NCBI GenBank assembly: GCA_045837725.1
Contig: JBEWZL010000135.1
Location: 1-64,000, forward strand
Source of the DNA: Vermamoeba vermiformis
Taxonomy: Eukaryota
Reading direction: 5' to 3'
Length of the DNA stretch: 64,000 nucleotides
Shown here in pieces: positions 53,251-64,000 of the stretch (positions are counted from its first letter, which is position 1; every line of letters starts with the position of its first letter). The position numbers and the translations under genes were made by a program. The notes under the pieces were generated by a model that had not been told where the DNA came from, did not search any database, and worked only from the letters and a program-made list of their open reading frames with translations.

Positions 53251-56200
53251 ATGAAGCTCTTTTACCTATTTATTATATTTTTAGTGTACTTTAGTTGCGC
53301 AAAAGCGCAGACCATTGATTGGTCTCTCTGCCCTGCGAATGGTAAGTTCCGGAGTTACAAAGCATCGAAATTCTAACAGTCTTGTTGTAGCTAGGGCTGT
53401 TTTCCAAAATGTTACGTTTGTTAGGCCACTCTCTTCACAGTTTTTATCAAACGTTAGAGCGGTTTTTCCCGAATTAAAAACCCCGAATCCATTGCTAGTG
53501 AATCAGAATATGAACGTCTTCCTTCAGATTACATCGGATAACACCACCATCGACCTTACGTACATCTTGTCAATCACCGGTAACAGAAACTCCTTCGGTT
53601 ACTACTTGTACAACCCGGCCAACGAATCCATCTTTGCTAACCCTGGTTTGGTGATGCTCTATCCTCTGCTCAAGGACGTAGTGCCTGCTTACCTACCCGC
53701 TGGTTGCATGAACCCTGGCTATACTATCACGTTGGGACCTTTCCGTGCGGGTACCATAATAGGGTTCTTCATTTACGTGTAAGTGGTATGAAACGCGTTT
53801 CATTCAAAAAACCAACAAAATTTATTTTTAGAAACGCATGGTCTAATGGCACTAATCCATTGAACCTTAACGCTCAAAGGTGGTTCAGTTTGACTGGCAG
53901 AAACGTAGTCAACACTGACGGTAACAAGCACGTATCTTGGGCGAATATCGACGGACGAGTTGTCTTCGGATTCGAAGATGCGAGCATGGGTGACCGTGAC
54001 TTTAACGACGGTATGAAAATCCTATTATATAGTTGACATAGGCTAATCTTTTCATCGTAGTGATGTTCTTCTGGAGCGTCAACGGAACTTACAACGAGAG
54101 TGCGATCAGCAAGTACGAAGATGGTTTCATTCAAGGTTGTATCGTCGCCAATATCATCAAGTTCGCTGACGTGGGCTGTCTACGCTATGCTATTCTTGAG
54201 AACACCAACTCACTCGGTAAATATGACGGAATTAAATTTATTTAACGATCAGTGCTAATTTTATCCTCAGGCTGCCAGAGTTTTATTCGCATTCCCGATG
54301 GCTACATCATCGCTCCTAACAACCAAGCAACGCTTAATGCAATTGCTGCGGCCTCTTCGACTTTCGCTTGGTCCGGTTCCGTATCTACATCCAATCTGAT
54401 CCTCAACGGTACTTGCGTGCGACCTGATGGCTCAGCCTGCACTTCACAAACCAATATCACATCCTACAAAGTGGATGGTCAATGCATCGGAACACCTTGC
54501 ACTCATCGTATCTTGCTCAGAACTCAGTACAACTTGCCCGGATGCACTGGTCTGGAGAACAACTTCTGCGACCCTAACATTGGCTCAACAATTATCAATC
54601 GCGAGCCTAGCACTCCTTCAACGAACAAGTCAGTTGACCCAGTGACTTGGGTGTCTTACGTCGTTCCTTCCAACGCCAACCCGACCGCCACTCTTGCTCT
54701 CACTTTGACCACTTTCGCTAACAACGAGCGTCCTTTGGATGTTATGATTGCTGTAGACCTCAACGGGATGAGCGCTGCTGACTGGGATACCTTTAGGTAA
54801 GTAACTCACTCAGCCTTCGGTCGAATGCAAGTTACTAATGATTGCTGCAGAACCAATGTCGTCTCATTCGTGTCCACTATCTCCGCTGCCTTCCCTCGCT
54901 CGATGCAGCTCGGCTATGCTATCCTTCGTCAAAGCACTATGGATGTCTCAGCATTGAGTACCGATGTATCAGGCACTTCAACGAGATTGCAAGGTGTTTC
55001 GTTGGGTACAACCTTCACTGCTTCTACATCGAACATCTACAGCAACGTGGCGACTTTGATGTCCAACGCCGGCAACGGCTGGCGCAGTCTCAGCAACAAC
55101 CCTGGCTTGTCGGTCATCGTTGTTGTAACCAAGACCGCTCCTGCTAACACCGGTCTTGCAACCCTGCAATCGGCTTCGGCTAGCAACAACATCATCCCTA
55201 TCTTCATCGCTGATGGTTCTGTTGTGACTTCATACCAATCCGTGTCTTTGCCGTTCTTCAACGCTAGCACTCAAGTATTCCCGAGATTCGCCACTGCTGC
55301 TCAATCTGCCATTACCTGGGCTGCTGCCACCTCGGCCATTACTCCAGTAGGCACTTTGGATGCGCAATTCGCTTCTGTATTGCCCGCTGTCACACCAGTT
55401 GCTGGCTTCCAAACAGTCAACTTAGTGTTGTCTTATCCTCGTCCTGCTCCTGCCAATTACGTTTCGCCCACAACCCTCACTTACGTCGTTTGGGGTTATG
55501 GTCTTGCTTACGTTAGAATGCACGCCAACTTGCCTCCTACTTTGACCGGAGCTAGCGTCGGCGCTGATGAAGATACCAACACGCAATTTTCGTTGAGCAC
55601 TGCCTTCTCTGATTCACAGAACAACAGACTTCAGTTCCGCTTCACTTCATTGCCCGCAGCGAACGTTGCTTCGATCACTTTGAACAACAACGCCGTCGGA
55701 TTGAACACTTGGTACCCTGCGACGAATACCTTCAATGTGCTTGGTGCAGCGAACTACAACGGTGCATTTTCAGTGAATGTACTCGTTTCAGACGGTTGTG
55801 AAAACACTACTGGTGCCATTCCCTTCACCATTCGCCCTGTCAACGATCCTCCTACGGCTCAAAGCTTTGGTGTCACGATGCTGGAAGACGAGCCCACCTT
55901 GAGCAAGCGCACTATCAACTTCAACAGTTCAATTGCTGATATTGATAGCCCCACTCCTATTGTCTACATTTCCAGTTTGCCTACAAACGGTCAACTTATG
56001 TTCGGTTCGACCTTTGCTACTGCGGTCACCCGAAACACACCTATCCCTGCTAACGCTGTTCGTTTCAATCCTGACCCGAATTGGAACGGTGTCACTTCCT
56101 TCATGTACTACGTGCAAGACAGCTCTGGTGCAAACTCTCAATCTGCTACTGTCACCATCACAGTTACACCTGTCAATGATCCTCCTACTTCCAACGACAT

Positions 56201-59200
56201 CACTTTGACAACTTACGAAGACACCGTGTTGACTATTGACCAAATTACTGGTTCTGATGTTGAAGGAGACGAATTGACCTTGATCATCACTCAGTATGTC
56301 ACCTCTGGTTCCTTGAAGTTGAACAGCGGAAACTTGGGCAATCTTCCAGCTTCGGTCACTGACACGTTGCTCTATACCCCTCCTGCGGATCAGAGTGGCT
56401 CTCCATTCACTACATTCAAGTTCCAATTCTCTGACGGTACTGACTTGTCGCCAATCTACACTGCTACCATCAATGTGTTGCCAGTCAATGACCCGCCAAC
56501 CGGAACTGACTTCACCGTCAACACCAACGAAGATACTCCTTTGACCATTAGCTTTATCAACCCTGCCCGCATCAGTGATATCGACACGGCTACTGCCAGT
56601 CTTACTGTCACGATCCGTAGCATTGGCAGTTCCTCACTTGGTGTTCTCCGTCAAACTTCTGCCAGCACCACCAACTTGGCTCAGGGCACTCAGTTGACGC
56701 AACAAAGTGTCTACTTCATTCCTCAACCCGATCAAAACGGCGCGTTTACGTTCACTTATGACGTTTCTGACGGTCAAGCCAGATCACCTTTGTACACGGC
56801 TACAGTCAACGTAATTCCCATCAACGATGCACCCACCCTCTCAACATCAAACAACGTCGTCCTTACTGACCGTCAAGTTCCTGCAGTCTTCTCATTGTAC
56901 ATTCGTGACGTCGATGATGGTGACTCTCTTACTGCTCGTGCCACTAGTTTGTCAGTGCAAGCGGCTGACGGAGCTGTTGCTGTCGTCACACCATCTGTTT
57001 CCGTCACATCTGGGGCTGTCACTGTCTTGAACACTTACAGCAACAATGACGGAGCTACCAAACAACTTGACATTCAATGGACTCCTAGTACCACCGCCCC
57101 CAACACCCTCAACGGTACCGTTACATTCCAAGTCACTGATAACAGCGGTGCTACTTCCAACGTTGTCACTGTGTTCCTTCGTGTCAGCGCCAACAAGAAC
57201 CCTACTGTCAATACAGTGCCTGACATTGTGACCGACGAAGATGTGACTTTCCTTAACTACAAGATTGAGGCCCAAGACGGCGATGCTGGTCAAAGCACTA
57301 CTCTCACAGCTTACATCGCGAGGTTGCCTGACTTCGGAACACTCGTATCCAACGGTTTAGATTACACGACTGCTGGTGTTGCTTTGGGTGCCAGACAAAC
57401 GACCTCCTCGACCACGTTCTATCGTTTGAACTACCGTCCCAATCCTAACTACAACGGTCCTGACTCGTTCACGTTCTACTTCGTTGACGTTCTTGGCGGA
57501 TCTTCTGCTGTTCAAACAGTGGACATTACTGTCAACCCCGTGAATGATCAGCCCATCACTAACGGATTCTCTGTCACTACTAAAGAAGATACAATGGTCA
57601 CCATCACTCAGTTTACTGTCAGCGATGTTGATGTTGGCGATACCTTCAAGTTGGTCATTACCGCTTTGCCCGCTCTTGGCACGCTTCGTCATCCTGCCGG
57701 TGACAACAGTGTAATTGCTGTCAATGAAGAGATTTCTTACAGCGACGCCGCTTCATGGGAATTGCGCTACACTCCACCTGCCAACGCTAACGGTTCACCT
57801 TTCACTACCTTCAAGTTCCGTGTACGTGACTCATCTGGTGCTGCCAATGATCTGTCGGCTGAGCAGATAGTCACCATCAATGTGCTCCCCGTTAATGACG
57901 CACCTGTTGCCAACGACATTAGCCTCACCACTAATGAAGACACTGCCACTACTTTCCTCTTCTCCGACTACGTATCCGATGTCGATAACACTGATGATCA
58001 ATTGACTGTGACTATTACGTCTTTGCCTACTAATGGTCGATTGGAAATCACTACTGATGGCAGCACTTACACTACCGTCACTCAAAGTCAATCCTTTGCA
58101 GTTAACTCGTTCAACACTCGCTACATCCCCGCAACTAACTACAACGGCGATGATTCCTTCAACTGGTTCGTGCAAGATCCTTCTGGCGCCACTTCTGCTG
58201 CTACCGCTTCCATTACCGTTAATCCAGTTAACGATGCTCCTTCGTCCCAAGACAAGTCCGTAACTACTATCCGCGACGTTCCTGTGGATATCACCAACTT
58301 CTTGGTGACCGACGTGGACAATGACGATTCTGAAATCGATCTGATTATCGTCACCTTGCCTGTAGTTGGTACTTTGAGCGATGGCTCCGACTTGACAGTT
58401 AATGACTTGCCTTACAATGCCGGAAACAACCCTTCGAGCCAAGTTCTTAAATGGACTCCTCCTGACTTGAGCGGTGTTTTGGTCAATCCCAACATCCCCA
58501 TCACTACGTTCACCTTCAAGTTGAATGACGGCACTGACGATTCTCCTGTCTACACTGTCTCCGTGTACATCTCTTACACCAACACTAAGCCTCGCAGTGA
58601 GCCTTCTGTGACTTACATCGATGAAGATACTATTGGTACCATCAAAATTCTGGCTGTTGATTTGGAGACACCCGAATCCGGTCTCAGCGTGAAGATCGTC
58701 TCAATTGCTCCTAGCTCCATTGGCACTTTCTACACTGATGAAGCTTTAACCCAAGAGGCTCAAATCGGTGCCTTCTTGCCCAACAACAGCAAGAACTTGT
58801 TCTACGTTCCTCCTCCCAATGCCAATAGCGCTAACGGTCTTCCTTTGGCCACATTCACCTTCCAGATCCGTGATGGTGAAGACGGCTACAGTCCAGTTTA
58901 CGACGGTCTGGTTTACGTCAATCCTGTCAACGATCCTGCTGTCTACAATGGCGAATCAACCCTTCAAGCCAAAGAAGATGAGGTCTTGAACATCAACTTG
59001 GGCTCTCAGCTCACCGACATCGATTCACCGGGCGACATTGACTTGTACATTGTCAAGACTGTCGCTCGTGGACAGCTCTATGTTTGCGCTGAAGGCTCAA
59101 ACCCTTGCCAACAAGTGGCAGTGAACAACGGCGACAAGTTGTCTGGTACTCAACGACAACTCAAGTTCTTGGCCGCTGCTAACGAGAATGGCGCCAACTA

Positions 59201-60308
59201 CACCACCTTCTCCTTCCAAGCTCTTGATTCTGATGGTCTTTACAGCGCTACTTACGTCATCACCATTGATGTCCTGCCAGTCAACGATCCTCCAGTGCTT
59301 GTTCCTCACTACAACATCCTTCCTGACCGTGTTGTTATGTACGAGGACAGCTCACTTGTGCTCGAGTGGGACGCCACTGATATCGACAATGATGTCTCGA
59401 CTCTTGTTGCTCGTTTGACCTCTGCAGTTCCTGACAACGCTAAGCTCTACGAATGCGATGTCACTGACGGTGCTTACTGCAACCAAGGCAAGGAGTTAGC
59501 GCCGCCCGTTGAGTTGAACAGCCCCTTCAGAAATGGTACTTGGAGAGTTCTCTTTGTTCCTGATGAAAACGCCTACGATGACCGCAACTTCGCTACTTTC
59601 TCAGTGGTCGTTACTGACGGCGAAGACGAGTCTAACACTGCCCGCTCCATCATTCGTGTCAGACCTGTCAACGACGCTCCTGTCATCGAAGCTGCATCTA
59701 CTGACTTCGTCTCCAACGCCGACACCACTGGCTTCTCTCGCACACCTCTCGCTTCATTCGTCATTAGCGACATTGACGCCAACAGAAAACCCATCGAGTT
59801 GACTATCACTAGTGAGGCTGACACTGGTTTCTTTGAATTTGGCAGCCAGTTGAACGACGTTCCTTGTGTCATTGAGCCTAACCGTATCATGTGCTTGGCG
59901 CCTCAAGCTGATTTGCGTGAGATCTACATGGCCAACTTGTTCTTCGTGAGCAACATCACCTCGCAAACGACCTTGAACATTACTGTCAATGACTTGGGCA
60001 ACACTGACTACGAGAACAGACCACTCAACACGACTGTCATTGTGCGCATCTTGTACAAGTCAGATACGGGTCTCATTGACGAACAAACTACCGACAACAC
60101 GCTCACCATCGCCTTGTCGGTCTCTGCTGGTGCTGTGGCCGCGGCTGTTGCCATCACCATTTGGCAAGTGAAGAAGAGAAACGCTGCTGTTGATGACTAC
60201 TTCGACAACATTACTAGCATGAACACCACTGCTTCGACTTCAGCGATCTATGCTGGTCGATTCCAAGAAGGTACCAACCCGTTCTATGAAGTAAACACTG
60301 GCAAATAA
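53251..60308 (+). CDS. Sib-like (similar to integrin beta) type I adhesion receptor
   Basis: Signal peptide, DUF4114-like GFED...DRDFND, VWA-like PLDVMIAVD, ~13 cadherin-like/bacterial Ig repeats (VNDxP), one TM, and a tail with SAIY and NPFY. Confidence 0.85.
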
Positions 60309-60516
60309 GCCGACGAGAAAAATTTGCACAAAATGTAAAATAATAAATTACCAATAAATCTAACTCCTTAATATTACAACGTAGTCTTCTATTTTTTGTT
60401 GTGCCCCTGCCGGATCACAGACAAAAAAAAAAATTTGCACCTACGCATTTTTTTCAATCTTATTTGTACATAGCAACACGCATACGTTATATTTATATAA
60501 ATATTAACTACCTATC

Positions 60517-62834
60517 ATGGAAGAGGAGTCGCCGATAGTGCGGCGAGCAAAGTCAGCGATTTTAATGCTGATCTTCGTCGCTATTGTAATCTTCCCGCTG
60601 TTTCAAGAAAGGAAAGAATTTTTCGAAGATAGAGTAGGCGATCCTGAGGTTCAATTATTGCCCAATACAGATAAAATGCAGATCACGTTATTTCCTACGA
60701 AAGGTAAAATAGAATAAATTGCTAATTTAATTTCAGGAATTATTAACGAATGTAAAATTAATCAATAAGCATCAAAATAATTATTCTAATATTTTCCGTA
60801 ATTTTTAGGTCAATACGGAACCGGGTATTACAGTATTTTGCCAGATCCTAAAAATGTAAGACATTTCACACGCTTAAAATATAATCTTATCCACATCAAA
60901 TAGTAATAATATTATTGTATTATTTTAACAATAATATTTGCCAGGCTACCGGATTCAGAATAATGATGGGCAATTTTCAAGGCGCATTGGCTCAAGGCGC
61001 GCTTACAGTAACAGCTGAAGGATACAACAGACTTATTATACAAGGCAATGATATTGAAGCAAGTGGTTATTTGGAGGGTTATTTGACACTCGCTAAATTC
61101 AAGCAATTTTATTCGTACTTGAAACAAGTCGTCTTGAGATCTGTTTTCGAAGACCAAAAATTACTAAATAAGGTAAATTTTATTATACTATGCCATATTA
61201 ATTCACTAAAATGATTTTTTTCAGCTTGAGAATTATTATCAACAAGTTTTTTCGGATCTGATGAAAAAAACGAACGGCAGTACTAATGCGTAAGCTTCAA
61301 ATTGCTAAATATGGAAACACTATAATTAATTATTATATAAATAGCTATGATCAAGCAATTTATCGCTCGTTGAAAAGATTAGAAGGAATTTGTAGAGGAT
61401 TTAACGACCACGTCAGCAATTCAGCGGTAAATCGTTACCCTTTATGCTTATTAAATACGATTATTAATGATCTATATTTAGAAAATTGATGTGAGCAAAT
61501 TATTCATGATCAATTCATTGCACGAAATGATTGCGTTGAGCAGTCAAAAATTCACGAACAAAACGACCCAAACAGCTGGATCCGCTGAACAGGCTGCATT
61601 CTTATTCGCTCAAAACTTTGGGTCTACTTTTATTATGAAGGTAATATTACGTCCTACTAAGTTCTTAATTCAACACAAACTAAATAGATCTGGATCGAAC
61701 TTACTTTTTTTAAATCTTAAAATTCGACGAAATTAATTTATATTTATTGATAATTGATAAATTGTGGGTTCTATAAGCTATTCTATATTAATATTTTACT
61801 GATTTTGACTAGCTTTCGAGTCAGTACATTCAACACGTGCACACCATGTACACGGCCATTCCTACGACGTATCGGCTCTCCAAATATTATTATCACACTG
61901 CGGGCAAGACAGACGACGAATCACGTGAGGTCAATCGCGAAATTTCAATCGTGTCCTATCCTGGCATGATCATCGGCATGGACTCGTTCAACGCCATAAA
62001 AAGGTAGGAACATTTTCGCGTTTTGACATTTATTACCATATTTGGCTAATTATACCATATTTGTAGTTCTATCATGTACACGGTTAATCCGTTGAACTCG
62101 ATGATTAAGAAGGCACAAGACGATGAGTCGCAATTTCCTTTTATGGAAAGTTCATCGGAGCCGTTTTTCTTGACACTCGCTGCGGCTAGTGCGATTGCCA
62201 AAAATGGAAAAGATATGACTGAACTGATTGGCCAGCACAAGGGCGATAAATTGTACGTTTGATCGCTTCAGTTATTATTTAGTACTAATGTCTTTATGCA
62301 CTAGGGGTTATTATTCGGTCACTATTATTGACGTCATTTCGCTGCGTGAAAAATTCGATGCGACTGCAAAGAATGTGGTGTTGTTGCTTGAAAAGGCAAA
62401 GGATCAGATCGAAACGTAAGAAATATTTGCAAACAATCATGGAGATATTTTTTTAATTGTAATCACATTGTATTTAACAGCGAAGATATTACGCAAAAGT
62501 TAATCGCGAACAAATTGTACGTGAATGACGGCGTGGCAGTGAATGACAATGTGCGACAGCAATCAATGCTCGAAAAGAATTCACTGAACGGCTTGTTCGA
62601 TCACGAGAAATTTGCTACAGGCGCTAAAGTACGTATTATTCGTTGATTTAATGATCATCACAAATGAGTGCTCATTATTTATTTGTTATATAGAATGCGT
62701 ATACTTTATCTGGCCTAGCGTTAGCGACGAAATCTAGTTTCAATCAAGAGCTGATCCAATCGGCGGTCGAAGGAAAGAACATGTTTGGTGTAGAGTTAGA
62801 TTATATTGAAGAGGGCTTGACTACACGACTGTAA
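60517..62834 (+). CDS. Divergent phospholipase B-like (Ntn-hydrolase) membrane protein
   Basis: N-terminal TM, ASGYLEGYLT and SYPGMIIGMDSF. GSTFIMK sits where CSAL.K is expected. Confidence 0.6.
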
Positions 62835-63057
62835 ATAATACTAAAGTTCCTCAGATAATTTACTATATTTGTTGGTGGTGCGACAAACTGTTACTATTGG
62901 TCTCACGTCATTAGTGCTGGCAGTAGAGTTCTATAATCTAAAGCTTAGCAATTTTGAAAATCTGTCGTTTGTTGAAAATTTCATCAGATCCGTTACTAAA
63001 TTTAGTAGTCTGAATAACTGGTACCAACATAAAGAGGTTTTTACGAATGTTTACTTA

Positions 63058-64000
63058 TTAATTATCGTGCAAATACCAATCAAACATCTCGTGCACCAAC
63101 GCATTAAAATTAAATGCACCTGCGACAATGCAAAGGTGCCAGATCTGATGACTCGTTGGCTAAAAATACATTAATAAACCATTGTGATATGCATACAGTT
63201 ATTTACTTACAAATATACTTAATCTTCCGTCAGGGAAGGCTCGTTCAGGAAATCTCGTTATAAAAAAAGCTAATCCGACGCCATAGCATAGGTATGTCAA
63301 CGCGTAGCGCTTGAGGACGAACCAAGTCTACATATAATCGATTACTAATTAATATTATTGATTATAATAGTAATCGGAGTTTTGCAATGAATCAATTTGC
63401 GCTTGGTGAATCTGGATCGACTATTTTTTGGCCAAATAGCTTACTTGATTCATGATGGATATCTTCGCGACTAATATTATTCCGAATATAAACATAAATA
63501 ATAGCATTTTCATCCTATAACAACGTAAATTAGAACTGTCTTAAACTTGAATTTTTGTACTGGATCTTGCCTTCTAGCCTCGTCTTTGATTAAATCGCAA
63601 GTCAATAAGAAAGATATGACTAAGTACGATAAATATACGAGTACTATTAAATACAAGCATGCTTGCGTCGGATGTTTGTGGAATCCGTAAAAAGTGACGT
63701 AGAGCTCTGAAAAAATGAACGCTGAAAGAATTCCAACGTGATCGATTCTTTCCCTAATAAGGAAATAAATTAATTTAATAAAATTGATGTGATAATTCGG
63801 GTTTGTTTTAGCTACTTGCCAGCAATGACATGCGGATTCGGAATGACAAGAAAATAAATGATACAAGGCACTTGAGCCCAAGCACAATATTACTCCAGTA
63901 TAGTACATTAATAATAATGCCCTAGCGAAAGGAAATATTAGCGATTAAATTGATTGGCTCCAGATCCAAAAATATGATTAGTTGGCGTTACCCATGTATT
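63058..64000 (-). CDS. PAQR / adiponectin-receptor (haemolysin III) family membrane protein, 5' part outside the window
   Basis: SALYHLFSCHS, RIDHVGI, PERFPDG and SHQIWH. Confidence 0.88.

Overview
Compact, intron-rich eukaryotic genomic DNA with short GT-AG introns and CTAAC/CTAAT branch points. Gene content (a Sib-type adhesin, giant-virus-type F-box/ankyrin genes) suggests an amoebozoan; this is inference. Bases ~10,100-64,000 are ordinary host genes: synaptojanin-like phosphatase, METTL21-like methyltransferase, a head-to-head DHODH + UMP synthase pair, Ras, CBS protein, four-RGS protein, F-box/SPRY protein, PRP16, F-box/ankyrin protein, GT14, MMTAG2-like, epoxide hydrolase, RBR ligase with RGG tail, polo kinase, NADAR, centriolin-like, dysbindin-like, Sib-like adhesin, divergent phospholipase B and a PAQR gene. 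Bases 1-~10,100 form a distinct island, strongly CpG-eroded at its right end. It carries a zinc-finger + SET methyltransferase gene (the SET exon is missed by the ORF track), an F-box/ankyrin gene, several orphan nuclear-looking genes, two structured tandem arrays (14 x a 17-bp palindrome; 13 x a 40-bp double hairpin), duplicated G7-AAA-C7 hairpins and a Ty3/Gypsy RNase H relic. Exon boundaries and counts were read by eye. Several 1-bp frameshifts in essential genes are probably assembly errors.
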